This document shows, piece after piece, positions 41,844 to 52,093 of a DNA stretch of 64,000 nucleotides. The DNA is from an uncultured bacterium (GTDB taxonomy: Bacteria > Fidelibacterota > Marinisomatia > Marinisomatales > JABMOV01), in NCBI GenBank assembly GCA_964654545.1, contig CAZZIU010000003.1, forward strand, positions 73,201-137,200, in the 5' to 3' direction. The position numbers and the translations under genes are program-made. Every line of letters begins with the position of its first letter. Within the stretch, counting starts at the first letter, position 1. Under the pieces are notes generated by a model, which ran no database searches, had not been told where the DNA came from, and saw only the letters and a list, made by a program, of their open reading frames with translations.

Positions 41844-42506
41844 ATGGATTCAAATCCAGTTAGAAACTATCTAAAGTATACACAGGAGGTATACGGGGAT
41901 ATGATTTATCGATCTCCCGTTGAAAATACAAAAACCCAGGATGATTGTGACAATGCGCTCAAAAGTTATGAGTCTGAAATCAGTCATTGTCTAAAATGCA
42001 ATCTGGGTTCGACTCGGACCAACTTCGTTTTTGGTGTGGGTGACCCAAATGCCAATTTATTGCTGGTTGGAGAAGCACCAGGTGCCGAAGAAGATAAACA
42101 AGGATTTCCCTTTGTCGGCCGGGCAGGAAAACTTCTTGACAAAATATTGGCAGCAATAGATAGAAGCAGGGAAAAGGATGTGTACATTTGTAACGTTCTT
42201 AAATGCCGGCCTCCGGAGAACAGGGACCCACTGCCATCTGAAGTGGAATTGTGCGAACCCTATCTGATCAATCAAATTAAACTAATCAATCCTGTGTTAA
42301 TCGTAGCGCTGGGCAGGGTAGCAGGAAAAACATTATTAAAGCGTGATGAACCACTAAAAAACCTTCGTGGTGAAATTCACGACTATCATGGAACACCGCT
42401 AATTGTGACTTACCACCCAGCCGCACTATTGCGCAATCAGGGATTTAAAAAACCAACATGGGAAGATTTTAAATGGATCCGAAATATTCTTGAAGGAGCG
42501 GCATAA
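41844..42506 (+). CDS. Uracil-DNA glycosylase, family 4
   Basis: 220 aa. [23 protein letters not shown] and HPAALLR motifs. Cys residues consistent with the 4Fe-4S family-4 type. Confidence 0.9.
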   Translation: MDSNPVRNYLKYTQEVYGDMIYRSPVENTKTQDDCDNALKSYESEISHCLKCNLGSTRTNFVFGVGDPNANLLLVGEAPGAEEDKQGFPFVGRAGKLLDKILAAIDRSREKDVYICNVLKCRPPENRDPLPSEVELCEPYLINQIKLINPVLIVALGRVAGKTLLKRDEPLKNLRGEIHDYHGTPLIVTYHPAALLRNQGFKKPTWEDFKWIRNILEGAA

Positions 42507-43877
42507 GTGGCTAAATCGGTAAATGAATCCAATCTAAATGTGCAGCCACAAGCGATTGAAGCGGAACAGGCTGTGCTTGGTGCAATGCTTTCCAGCAAGG
42601 AAGCAGTAAGTAAAGTAATCGGAATCCTCCAGGGCGATCATTTCTATCGAGATTCCCACGCAAAAATATATATCACCATGACGACTCTTTTTCATGAGAA
42701 TGTTCCCATCGACACCATTTCTCTTATTGATCAATTAAAGAAGAATAAGGAATTGGAGGAAGTGGGTGGGGCCTACTTTATCACCGGTCTAATGGAATCG
42801 GTTCCAACGGTTGCAAATGTGGAAGAATATGCCCGTATTGTTCTTGAAAAAGCATTACTACGCAAACTGATTAATATTTCCCATGAGATTGCCAAAGAAG
42901 CCTTCAGTGATGCAGAGTCAATCGAAGATATTTTAGACCGTGCCGAATCACAAATATTCAGTATTTCAGAAAATCGTCTGAAAGGTGGATTCAAGCATAT
43001 TGATCCCATTTTAGCAGAAACATTCGAGCAAATGGATGCCATTAGTTCAAAAGGCGGTGGCGTCATTGGTGTACCATCTGGGTTGAAGGATTTGGATACA
43101 AAAACTGCCGGTTTTCATCCATCTGATTTGGTGATTATTGCCGGGCGACCAGGAATGGGTAAAACAGCGCTGGCATTAACTATAGCGCGAAATGCCGCTG
43201 TAGATCACAATGAAGGTATTGGCATCTTTAGTCTGGAAATGTCCAACAATCAATTGGCAATGCGAATGCTTTGTTCTGAGGCCCGTGTGGATAATCACCT
43301 GGTACGAACCGGTATGCTGCCAAAAGAACAATGGAAACAATTAAGCTTCAATGCAGGAAAATTATCGGAAGCTCCTATATACCTGGACGATTCACCGGGA
43401 ATCACGGTTCTTGAATTACGGGCAAAGGCACGTCGGTTAAAAGCAGAGCATGATATTAAAATGATCGTTGTGGACTATCTTCAGCTCATGCAGGGACCGA
43501 AGGGCGTGGAGAGCAGGCAGCAGGAAATTTCTGTTATTTCACGGTCATTAAAGGCGCTGGCAAAAGATTTAAATATACCCATAATAGCGCTGTCTCAGCT
43601 TTCTCGTGCGGTAGAAAGCAGAACAGACCGTCGCCCACAGTTATCCGATTTACGTGAATCGGGTGCTATCGAGCAGGATGCGGATGTTGTTATGTTTCTG
43701 TACCGTCATTGGTTTTACAATAAAGAAGATGAAGATACGAGGGCAAAAGCAGAGATCATCCTTGCCAAACAGCGTAATGGCCCCACGGGAACCGTACCAG
43801 TTACCTTCCTGGATCGGTTTACCAGATTTGAGGATGCCAGTGATATGGAAGATTTTGGCAATATGCCTCCATTCTAA
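42507..43877 (+). CDS. dnaB: Replicative DNA helicase DnaB
   Basis: 456 aa, GTG start. PQAIEAEQAVLGAML N-terminal domain, Walker A GRPGMGKTA, LSQLSRAVE, RESGAIEQDAD. Confidence 0.97.
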   Translation: MAKSVNESNLNVQPQAIEAEQAVLGAMLSSKEAVSKVIGILQGDHFYRDSHAKIYITMTTLFHENVPIDTISLIDQLKKNKELEEVGGAYFITGLMESVPTVANVEEYARIVLEKALLRKLINISHEIAKEAFSDAESIEDILDRAESQIFSISENRLKGGFKHIDPILAETFEQMDAISSKGGGVIGVPSGLKDLDTKTAGFHPSDLVIIAGRPGMGKTALALTIARNAAVDHNEGIGIFSLEMSNNQLAMRMLCSEARVDNHLVRTGMLPKEQWKQLSFNAGKLSEAPIYLDDSPGITVLELRAKARRLKAEHDIKMIVVDYLQLMQGPKGVESRQQEISVISRSLKALAKDLNIPIIALSQLSRAVESRTDRRPQLSDLRESGAIEQDADVVMFLYRHWFYNKEDEDTRAKAEIILAKQRNGPTGTVPVTFLDRFTRFEDASDMEDFGNMPPF

Positions 43878-46072
43878 TGCAGAATCCTCTTGCCAGACTG
43901 GTTCCTCAACTAAGTGGAGAATATCCAAAACAATTCATGGACTTGTTACATAAGATATCTGTTCCCGATGGGAAAGATCGCATGTTGATTCGAGATGATT
44001 TGTGGAATGCTTATCAGTTTTCTTATAGTTGCCATGAAGGTCAGAAAAGACAAAGTGGCAAGCCCTATTTTGATCATTGCTACGAAGTTGCTATGTCACT
44101 GGCAGAATGGAAAATGGATTATGGCACCGTCATGGGTGGGCTACTTCATGACGTGGTGGAAGATACAGATGTGTCGGTTGAAGAACTGACCAAGCGCTTT
44201 AATGAAGATGTTGCACGGTTGGTGGATGGAGTAACCAAACTTGGTGGAATTACTTTTTCCAGCAGAAAAGAGCAGCAAGCTGGCAATTTTATGAAATTGT
44301 TATTGTCTGTTGCCAAGGATTTACGAGTTATAATCATCAAATTTGCCGATCGTCTGCATAATATGAAAACCATTCAATATTTACCACAGATTAAGCAGCA
44401 TCGAATCGCAATTGAAACTCGGGATGTGTACGCACCATTGGCTCATCGGCTTGGTATGGCACGCGTCAAATGGGAATTGGATGATTTAATCTTGAAAACC
44501 CTCCATCCAAATTCGTTCGAAGAAATTGAAACCAAACTCAAAGCAACGGACAAACAACGAACGAAATATATTAAGAGTGTCATTGACCCTGTGAAGCAAG
44601 AATTAATTAAATACGAAATTGATGCACAGGTATATGGCAGGCCTAAATCACATTCATCTATTCATGGGAAAATGGTTAGACGTGGGAAAAATTTTGAAGA
44701 AATCTACGATGTTTATGCCATCCGAATTATTGTGGATAAGATTGAGCATTGTTACTTAACGCTGGGCATTCTTCACCAAATGTATTCGCCTGTCCAGGAC
44801 CGATTTAAAGATTTTATTGCCATGCCAAAATCCAATGGGTACCAATCCATTCACACCACTGTGGTTGGACCAAAAGGACAGATGGTAGAAATCCAGATTC
44901 GAACCCGTGAAATGGAAAGAACAGCAGAAATTGGTGTTGCAGCTCATTGGCGATACAAAGAAAACGGAAATAAAGCGGCTGATTTGGATTCCAATATTAA
45001 GTGGTTACGTGAACTGGTGGATATTTTACAAAGTGAACGATCTGATCCGGCTGAATTTATGCACCTATTAAAGATAGATTTGTTTAACGATGAAATTTTT
45101 GTTTTTACTCCCAATGGCGATCTGATACAATTACCTATTGATGCCACACCAATTGATTTCGCATTTCAGATCCACACTGAATTGGGTATTCATTGTATGG
45201 GCGCTAAAGTCAACCAAAAGGTAGTCCCACTTAATTCAAAACTGAAAAATGGTGATATAGTTGAAATTATTACCAGCCAGAATCAGCACCCAAGTTTGGG
45301 TTGGTTGAAATTTGCCATAACCGGTAAAGCGCGCAATCACATCAATAAGTATTTGCGCAATATCAGGCAGGAAGAAAGCATCAAGCTTGGAAACGAAATA
45401 CTGGAAAAAACCCTGCGGCGACTCAAATTGTACAGTGAGCTAAAGTCCATAAAGGAATCCCACGAACAATTTGGGTACAAATCAAGTGAAGCGTTCATTG
45501 AAGCAATTGGAAATGGCACCGTTACTATCAGAGAAATCTTTAAAAAATTACGTCCAGGAGATGAGACATCACTTGAGGAATCAGCTGAAAATGCCTCTCG
45601 AAGTTTTATTGATTATGCGCGCTCAACAGCAAAGGGTATTAAACTCCAAGGCATCAGCAATGTCATGGTTCAATTTGCAAAATGTTGCAATCCAATACCA
45701 GGTGACGACATGATTGGTTTTGTAACGCGGGGCCGTGGAATTACCGTCCATCGCTCCGACTGTAGAAGCCTGCCATTATTATCAGAAGAATCAGATCGCC
45801 TAATACCGGTGGACTGGGATGTGGCACGCAGCGATGTTTTTAAAGTGAGAATCAAGGTAGTAGCAGAAGATGCCAAAGGACAATTAAAAACAATGACCGA
45901 AGCTATCTCTTCTGAAAACATCAATATTACCAGCGTGGATTTAAAAGTTAGAGACAATATAGCAACCGCTTATTTTATTATTGAAGTACGAAACGCAAAA
46001 CAATTAGATCGAATTATCAAAAAATTAACAAAAATACAAGGAATTGACTACGTAGAAAGGACAGGACAATAA
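43877..46072 (+). CDS. rel: Bifunctional (p)ppGpp synthetase/hydrolase, RelA/SpoT family
   Basis: 731 aa. HD hydrolase domain (LLHDVVEDT), synthetase domain (YQSIHTTV), TGS and C-terminal ACT-like domains. Confidence 0.95.
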   Translation: MQNPLARLVPQLSGEYPKQFMDLLHKISVPDGKDRMLIRDDLWNAYQFSYSCHEGQKRQSGKPYFDHCYEVAMSLAEWKMDYGTVMGGLLHDVVEDTDVSVEELTKRFNEDVARLVDGVTKLGGITFSSRKEQQAGNFMKLLLSVAKDLRVIIIKFADRLHNMKTIQYLPQIKQHRIAIETRDVYAPLAHRLGMARVKWELDDLILKTLHPNSFEEIETKLKATDKQRTKYIKSVIDPVKQELIKYEIDAQVYGRPKSHSSIHGKMVRRGKNFEEIYDVYAIRIIVDKIEHCYLTLGILHQMYSPVQDRFKDFIAMPKSNGYQSIHTTVVGPKGQMVEIQIRTREMERTAEIGVAAHWRYKENGNKAADLDSNIKWLRELVDILQSERSDPAEFMHLLKIDLFNDEIFVFTPNGDLIQLPIDATPIDFAFQIHTELGIHCMGAKVNQKVVPLNSKLKNGDIVEIITSQNQHPSLGWLKFAITGKARNHINKYLRNIRQEESIKLGNEILEKTLRRLKLYSELKSIKESHEQFGYKSSEAFIEAIGNGTVTIREIFKKLRPGDETSLEESAENASRSFIDYARSTAKGIKLQGISNVMVQFAKCCNPIPGDDMIGFVTRGRGITVHRSDCRSLPLLSEESDRLIPVDWDVARSDVFKVRIKVVAEDAKGQLKTMTEAISSENINITSVDLKVRDNIATAYFIIEVRNAKQLDRIIKKLTKIQGIDYVERTGQ

Positions 46073-46386
46073 TGGACAAAAAAACATATACAAAGAAGGA
46101 AATCGCAAAAAAAGTAGCATCCCGATTGGATGCAACCATGGATAATTCTGCAAAATATGTTGATGAAGTATTCACGGTAATGCGAGAAATGTTAACAGAT
46201 GATCGTCCATCAGTGCGCATTGAAATCAGAAATTTTGGTGTATTTGAAGTCAAGCAAACCAAAGCTAAACCAAGGGCAAGGAATCCTCGTACAAACGAAG
46301 AAATATTTGTTCCTGCACACAGAAAAACCCATTTTAAACCTGGTAAACTCCTAAAATCTTATTTATCCAAGCCCATCCAACGTTAA
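46072..46386 (+). CDS. HU/IHF-family DNA-binding protein
   Basis: 104 aa. Beta-arm motif RNPRTNEEIFVPAHRKTHFKPGK. Confidence 0.88.
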   Translation: MDKKTYTKKEIAKKVASRLDATMDNSAKYVDEVFTVMREMLTDDRPSVRIEIRNFGVFEVKQTKAKPRARNPRTNEEIFVPAHRKTHFKPGKLLKSYLSKPIQR

Positions 46387-46414
46387 TTATAATAGAAAGT
46401 GAGGATCGTTCAAA

Positions 46415-46828
46415 GTGGGACGTATTCTCGGTATAGATTATGGAACCCAGCGGATCGGATTAGCTTTATCTGATCCGCTTCATATTATTGCTTCACCATT
46501 CCAAACGCTGGTCTACCGGGGTCTGGAAGAATGTATTCACTCTATTCAAGGTATTATTACAGATAAGGAAGTGGAACTAATTGTGTTGGGCCTTCCGTTG
46601 GGAATGAAAAACCAAGAGACTGAAATGACCAAACAAGTCCGTGTTTTTGCCCAGGCTCTTGAAGTATTGAAATTACCCATTCAATTTCTAGATGAGCGAT
46701 TATCCTCAATAAGTGCTGAAAAGTCATTGATCCAGCAACAGGTAAAAACCGGCCACAATAAAGCATTGATTGATCAACGCGCAGCAGCAATAGTGCTTCA
46801 GCAATACTTGGACACGAAGAACAGATGA
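46415..46828 (+). CDS. ruvX: Holliday junction resolvase-like / pre-16S rRNA nuclease RuvX (YqgF)
   Basis: 137 aa, GTG start. ILGIDYGTQRIGLALSD motif and DERLSS. Confidence 0.92.
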   Translation: MGRILGIDYGTQRIGLALSDPLHIIASPFQTLVYRGLEECIHSIQGIITDKEVELIVLGLPLGMKNQETEMTKQVRVFAQALEVLKLPIQFLDERLSSISAEKSLIQQQVKTGHNKALIDQRAAAIVLQQYLDTKNR

Positions 46829-48330
46829 GGACGTTGCTAAATTTACGTTCCTGGCAATTGTCGGTTATTTCCGGATTGTTGATTGGACTCTCTTTCCATC
46901 CTCCTTTGCATATGGGATTTCTTATTTGGGTTGGGTTTGTGCCACTGATCCATATTATCCTTACATCTGGGCCGCGTCGGGCGGCGAAATACGCATACTA
47001 TGCTTCCGTTCTGGCCAATTTTATAGCATTCCATTGGATTGGTCTAAATAATGGTGCAACAATTGGTCCTGTATTGCTTTCATTATTAGGGGCAGTGTTA
47101 TATCTTGGAATTTTCTGGTACGTCATTGGTTATATTGCTGTAAGCGTCGCACCTATAATTTCGCCCTTATTTTTTCTTCCCATAGGATGGTCTGCTATGG
47201 AGTGGGTTCGAAGTCTGGGACCGTTGGGATTTCCATGGGCAAATCTGGCACTGTCGCAGACAAATTATTTGCCACTGATTCAAATAGCAGACATTACCGG
47301 TTCGTACGGGATCACATTTTGGATTTTAATGATCAATGCAGGTATATATCTAATAATTACTGAAAAACGACCCAAGCGATATATCGCGTTTACTTCTGCA
47401 CTGTTTGTCTTTACTGCCTTGTATGGGTTCTTCAGAATTTCTGTACTTGAATCTGAGCCAATTTATAAAAGGGTAGAAATTGCAGTGACGCAACCAAATA
47501 TAGACCCGAATGAAAAATGGGATCGAGAAAACAAAACCATGGTGTACCAATTAATGGATTCTTTGCATGTGGTTGCGAATGAACTTTCACCTGATTTGAT
47601 TTTGTGGCCTGAAACCGCCCTGCCTACATATTTACGCCTCTCAAGGAGTACGCGAAATAAGATAATGAAACGGATCCAGTCCTACAATATACCTTTGCTT
47701 AGTGGAACAGTAGATCGGCGGGTGAATCAGGATGGTGAGACAGAATATTTTAATGGATCAATATATTTGAAGGAAAATGGGTCCTTTGAGATGTACAATA
47801 AAGTACTTCTTGTTCCATTTGCTGAATATATACCATTTACAAAGAAATTTCCGATTTTAAAGAAATTGAATTTTGGACAGGGGAACTTTACACAGGGTAC
47901 TGACTATACTGTATTTAACCTGGATTCAATTCGCTTTTCCAATGTGATTTGTTATGAATCCAGTATCCCAGGTGTCGTGCGAAAATTTATTAATCAAGGA
48001 GCCCAGTTCATTACAATCGAAGCCAACGATGGGTATTTGGGAAACAGTGCGGGTCCCTATCAACATTTTGCATTGGCAAAACTCCGATCCGTTGAAAATC
48101 GAGTGCCTATTGTTCGAAGTGCTAATACGGGAATATCAGGAGCTTTTAATGTGGTAGGGAGGGTTCAGCATCAGGTTCCTATTGGCGAAACCGCCGTTTT
48201 TTTAGCGAGGATTGACTGCATTTATATTGATTCCATCTATACACGATTCGGGGATGTATTTGCTGTGTTATGTTTGGTGATAACTTTGATAGTACTAGGA
48301 GCTACTTTATGGCAACATTTCAGCGTTTAA
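46825..48330 (+). CDS. lnt: Apolipoprotein N-acyltransferase
   Basis: 501 aa. Multi-TM N-terminal half. Nitrilase-fold C-terminal half with LILWPETA (Glu) and NVICYES (Cys). Confidence 0.92.
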   Translation: MRTLLNLRSWQLSVISGLLIGLSFHPPLHMGFLIWVGFVPLIHIILTSGPRRAAKYAYYASVLANFIAFHWIGLNNGATIGPVLLSLLGAVLYLGIFWYVIGYIAVSVAPIISPLFFLPIGWSAMEWVRSLGPLGFPWANLALSQTNYLPLIQIADITGSYGITFWILMINAGIYLIITEKRPKRYIAFTSALFVFTALYGFFRISVLESEPIYKRVEIAVTQPNIDPNEKWDRENKTMVYQLMDSLHVVANELSPDLILWPETALPTYLRLSRSTRNKIMKRIQSYNIPLLSGTVDRRVNQDGETEYFNGSIYLKENGSFEMYNKVLLVPFAEYIPFTKKFPILKKLNFGQGNFTQGTDYTVFNLDSIRFSNVICYESSIPGVVRKFINQGAQFITIEANDGYLGNSAGPYQHFALAKLRSVENRVPIVRSANTGISGAFNVVGRVQHQVPIGETAVFLARIDCIYIDSIYTRFGDVFAVLCLVITLIVLGATLWQHFSV

Positions 48331-48929
48331 TTCTTTGCGTAATATTTTGTTTATCACTGGTAAGTGGTCAAAACAAAGGCGCTAGAATTTCACCCGTATT
48401 AAAATCAATTGTTATTCCCGGGACCGGTGAATTTCAGCTCAATAAAATTGAGCGAGGACGTGCCTTTTTACTGACGGAAGGTTTTTTATGGCTGTCGTAC
48501 TTAACCAGCACCCATGCCTCACATTATCAGGATCACACCATGCGGAGTTTTGCTGCTGACCATGCAGGAGTTGATATCCACAGGAAAACCGATCAATTTT
48601 GGATTGATATTGGGAATTATGCATCCTTGGATGCTTTTAATGCAGAACATGCCCGCTGGCGCGAAGTGGATGTGATGTACGATGAAGGAGGTACTTGGGA
48701 ATGGTCATGGGATAACTCCAGAAACCAAAAAAAATTCGAAGTATACAGAATTAATCGTGACTTATGGGCGTTATCCGGAAAATTTATTATTGGCGGAATA
48801 GTAATGAACCACATCATATCCGGAATTGATGCACTGTATCTGAATCGACAATTAGAAGGCCATTCCTTTACGCTGACTCCACAGGTTTCAGGTAGCGGAA
48901 GCAATTTCGTTTTTTCAATAACTTTGTAG
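48309..48929 (+). CDS. Hypothetical secreted/membrane protein
   Basis: About 206 aa. AGGAG SD 7 nt before ATG 48309 (the track start 48270 is inside lnt). Signal-like N-terminus and a hydrophobic segment near the C-terminus (FIIGGIVMNHIISGIDALY). No family recognised with confidence. Confidence 0.55.
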   Translation: MATFQRLILCVIFCLSLVSGQNKGARISPVLKSIVIPGTGEFQLNKIERGRAFLLTEGFLWLSYLTSTHASHYQDHTMRSFAADHAGVDIHRKTDQFWIDIGNYASLDAFNAEHARWREVDVMYDEGGTWEWSWDNSRNQKKFEVYRINRDLWALSGKFIIGGIVMNHIISGIDALYLNRQLEGHSFTLTPQVSGSGSNFVFSITL

Positions 48930-48930
48930 G

Positions 48931-49641
48931 ATGAATCCTCTAGCGAAACTCTGGGTATTCCTGGTAATAGTTATTTCTGCCATTAGTGTGACTACCTGGA
49001 TGCCCATCCTTTTTATCACCGGTTTGTGTGTGGCAATTTTATTCATCTATAAAGCGCCGTTGTATGTAAAAGTGAAATCATTCCTTCTGCTACTACCTAC
49101 TATGTTTTTTCTTTATACGATTATTTCCGCCATCATCCTTCGCAACCCGCTTGAAGTCGTGTTGCAACAAGCAGGATTTATTTCTATTAAGTTTTTTTGT
49201 ATGATTATTATGATGGGATTGTATCTTGAATTCGGTGATGGTGCGAAATTGATACCTGCTTTACGAACATTATGGATGCGTTTAAATAAACCGTGGAAGT
49301 CCATGGAATATGCTTTTTTGTTTTCAGCCCTGGTTCTACGATTTTTTCCAGCATTTCAAATGGAATGGGAAACAATGAAACATTCCAACAAAGCACTAGG
49401 TATTCCTGAGGATAAATCATTAATACTCCGTGTTAAACAACTTATCCAATATTTACCGGGTATGATATTGTCCCACTATCAGCAGGCAGAATCGGTAGCC
49501 CAGCAGATGATAGGTCGTGGATTTGGTAAGTCGTTTCCACGAACAGTAGCAAATCCTATCGATTGGAAAATGTGGGATACGATGTTGGTTATAACCACAC
49601 CAATATTCATCATTTGGATTTATCAAATTGCAGCGCTATAA
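48931..49641 (+). CDS. Energy-coupling factor transporter transmembrane component (EcfT/CbiQ family)
   Basis: 236 aa polytopic protein. ...ALVLRFFPAF....E...M..S..ALG and ...AQQMIGRGF... resemble the two conserved EcfT coupling motifs. No EcfA or S component nearby. Confidence 0.65.
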   Translation: MNPLAKLWVFLVIVISAISVTTWMPILFITGLCVAILFIYKAPLYVKVKSFLLLLPTMFFLYTIISAIILRNPLEVVLQQAGFISIKFFCMIIMMGLYLEFGDGAKLIPALRTLWMRLNKPWKSMEYAFLFSALVLRFFPAFQMEWETMKHSNKALGIPEDKSLILRVKQLIQYLPGMILSHYQQAESVAQQMIGRGFGKSFPRTVANPIDWKMWDTMLVITTPIFIIWIYQIAAL

Positions 49642-50359
49642 AACCGTATTACAGTACGATGGAAGTTACTTTTTTGGCTGGCAATTGCAAGCCGAAAAAA
49701 GAACAGTTCAGGGAGAGTTAGAAGGAGCATTACATCCGCTGGGAGCGGGAGAAAGAATTAAAGTTATAGGTGCGGGTCGAACAGATACGGGAGTGCATGC
49801 ATTTGGTCAGGTTGCTCATTTTGATTTAGACACAACCCATTCGCTTGTGGATATTAAAAATGCTCTTAATGCACGGACACACGAAGCAATAGATATTCTA
49901 TCAGTAGAAAAGGTAAGCGAAGATTTTCACGCCCGCTTTTCTGCAAAAGTTCGCCACTATATCTACCAAATATTTACCGGAACAAGTCTTTTGTATCGAA
50001 ATCAAGCCTGGCCAGTCCAGACCATTGATGTGGATTATTTACAATCCTTGACATCACCTATCCTTGGGACTCACGATTTTTTATCCTTTTCAAAATTTAA
50101 TCCTGAGTTGGGAAATACCAATTGTACCATTTACGATGCGCGATGGATGATGGAGAAATCCATGGTCACTTTCCATATTAGAGCAAACAGATTTTTACAT
50201 CATATGGTTCGGTATCTGGTTGGGACAATGATTGCAGTAACCCAGGAAAAGGTTGCTGAAAACGATTTCGTATCCTTAGTAAATTTACCACGGCGTGATG
50301 TTCATATTTTCAAAGCTCCGCCTAATGGACTTATATTGAACCAAGTAAGTTATGATTAA
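49628..50359 (+). CDS. truA: tRNA pseudouridine(38-40) synthase TruA
   Basis: 243 aa, TTG start. LQYDGSYFFGWQLQ and catalytic GAGRTDTGVHA. Confidence 0.94.
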   Translation: MQRYKTVLQYDGSYFFGWQLQAEKRTVQGELEGALHPLGAGERIKVIGAGRTDTGVHAFGQVAHFDLDTTHSLVDIKNALNARTHEAIDILSVEKVSEDFHARFSAKVRHYIYQIFTGTSLLYRNQAWPVQTIDVDYLQSLTSPILGTHDFLSFSKFNPELGNTNCTIYDARWMMEKSMVTFHIRANRFLHHMVRYLVGTMIAVTQEKVAENDFVSLVNLPRRDVHIFKAPPNGLILNQVSYD

Positions 50360-51446
50360 GAAATTACTCACCATCGTTCTAGCGTTGCTGGTAAACCAAA
50401 TTTTGTTGGCACAAGATATTGGTGTTTCACGGCAAAATGCCATAACCAGGGCAGTAAGAAGCGTCAGTCCTGCGGTAGCAAGCATCAACGTGGTTCAATA
50501 TCGTCAGGTTTCACGACAATCACCGTATGTGGATCCATTTTTTCAATACTTTTTTCCCTATTCGCTGGAACCCAAAAAAGTACTTAGTTCAGGATCAGGA
50601 GTAGTTATTAGTCCTGATGGATATGTATTGACAAATAATCACGTGGTGGAAAATGCCAGTGAAATTGTGGTGACTTTACCTGGTGGTGAAGAACACACCG
50701 CTGAGTTGGTAGGCTCAGATAAAGTTTCAGATCTGGCCTTATTAAAGCTTGGTGGACGCAATTACCCATATGCCAGACTTGGGGATTCAGATGAATTAAT
50801 TATTGGTGAATGGGTCATAGCTCTGGGTAATCCATTGGGTCTTTTCGACATAAGCCAGCAACCCACCGCTACCGTTGGTATTGTGAGTGCAACCAATATG
50901 GATTTTGGTCGACAAAAAGGTGGACAAATATTCCAGGATATGATTCAAACAGATGCGTCTATTAACCGTGGAAATAGCGGAGGGCCGCTGGTAAATGCCA
51001 ATGGAGAAGTCATTGGCATCAATACCTTTATTTACACAGGATCAGATTTTGATCAGGGTTCTATAGGGATTGGATTTGCAATTCCAATTAACCATGCGAA
51101 AGAAATTGCGGAAGAATTAAAAAACCGGGGACGGATTGATCGCAGTTTTTCCACAGGATTACACGTACAACCATTGACAAAAAAAATAGCTGGATATCTG
51201 GATATTCCTTTTACTACGGGAGTCATTATTGTTGAAATAGAGGATGGCAGCACGGCAGACAAATCCGGGTTACAGACAGCCGATGTAATCGTCAGCGTTA
51301 ATAATGTGGAAGTATCCAGTGCGCAAGAAGTTTTTGATGTCATAGAAAAAGAAGATCTGCGTCCTGGCGATAAAATCAGTCTAGACGTGTACCGCGATGG
51401 AAAAAGGAAAAAAATCCGCATGGAACTTGGTAAAGTAGGAGATTGA
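50352..51446 (+). CDS. HtrA/DegP-family periplasmic serine protease with one PDZ domain
   Basis: 364 aa with a signal peptide. Catalytic triad contexts TNNHVV, SDLALLK, GNSGGPL. C-terminal PDZ domain. Confidence 0.93.
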   Translation: MIKKLLTIVLALLVNQILLAQDIGVSRQNAITRAVRSVSPAVASINVVQYRQVSRQSPYVDPFFQYFFPYSLEPKKVLSSGSGVVISPDGYVLTNNHVVENASEIVVTLPGGEEHTAELVGSDKVSDLALLKLGGRNYPYARLGDSDELIIGEWVIALGNPLGLFDISQQPTATVGIVSATNMDFGRQKGGQIFQDMIQTDASINRGNSGGPLVNANGEVIGINTFIYTGSDFDQGSIGIGFAIPINHAKEIAEELKNRGRIDRSFSTGLHVQPLTKKIAGYLDIPFTTGVIIVEIEDGSTADKSGLQTADVIVSVNNVEVSSAQEVFDVIEKEDLRPGDKISLDVYRDGKRKKIRMELGKVGD

Positions 51447-52093
51447 CAATTCAAATCGCGAAAGAAGGAAACACAATAATTATTGCTGGTTTAATTGTCA
51501 CTTTAATTTTTATTGTACTGGCTCAGAATTTTGAAGCCGTCTGGCTGACAGTGGCATCAATGGTAATGGTATTATATACCGGATTTTGCATCAATTTTTT
51601 TCGAGATCCACGCCGATTAATCCCAGTTGGCGATAATCTTCTTGTATCAAGTGCAGATGGACAAGTCGTTAAAATCGCAGAAATTAATTCACCTCATCAT
51701 GGTGGTAAGGCAACTGTGGTTTCTGTCTTTCTGAATGTATTTAATGTGCATGCGAACCGTATTCCAATGGATGGTATTGTGGAAACGGTTGAACATTTCC
51801 CGGGCAAATTTCTGGCAGCCTTTGATCATCGGGCGTCGGATGAGAATGAGCGCTCAGTTACGGTATATACAACAGATTCAGGGAAAATAGTATTAAAACA
51901 AATCGCCGGTCTCATTGCCAGAAGAATCCTGAATTATTCCAAGCCAGGTGTGGAAGTAAAACATGGCGAAAAGATGGGATTTATCATGTTTGGTTCACGA
52001 ACAGATATTATATTCCCTACAGACTTTATTGTAAAAGTCAATGAAGGTCAAAAAGTTGTGGGAGGAGAAACAATCCTGGCGGAGTTAACATGA
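51443..52093 (+). CDS. psd: Phosphatidylserine decarboxylase family proenzyme (short type)
   Basis: 216 aa. The TTG start overlaps the htrA stop (TTGA). Self-cleavage region GFIMFGSRTD. Adjacent to pssA. Confidence 0.9.
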   Translation: MTIQIAKEGNTIIIAGLIVTLIFIVLAQNFEAVWLTVASMVMVLYTGFCINFFRDPRRLIPVGDNLLVSSADGQVVKIAEINSPHHGGKATVVSVFLNVFNVHANRIPMDGIVETVEHFPGKFLAAFDHRASDENERSVTVYTTDSGKIVLKQIAGLIARRILNYSKPGVEVKHGEKMGFIMFGSRTDIIFPTDFIVKVNEGQKVVGGETILAELT

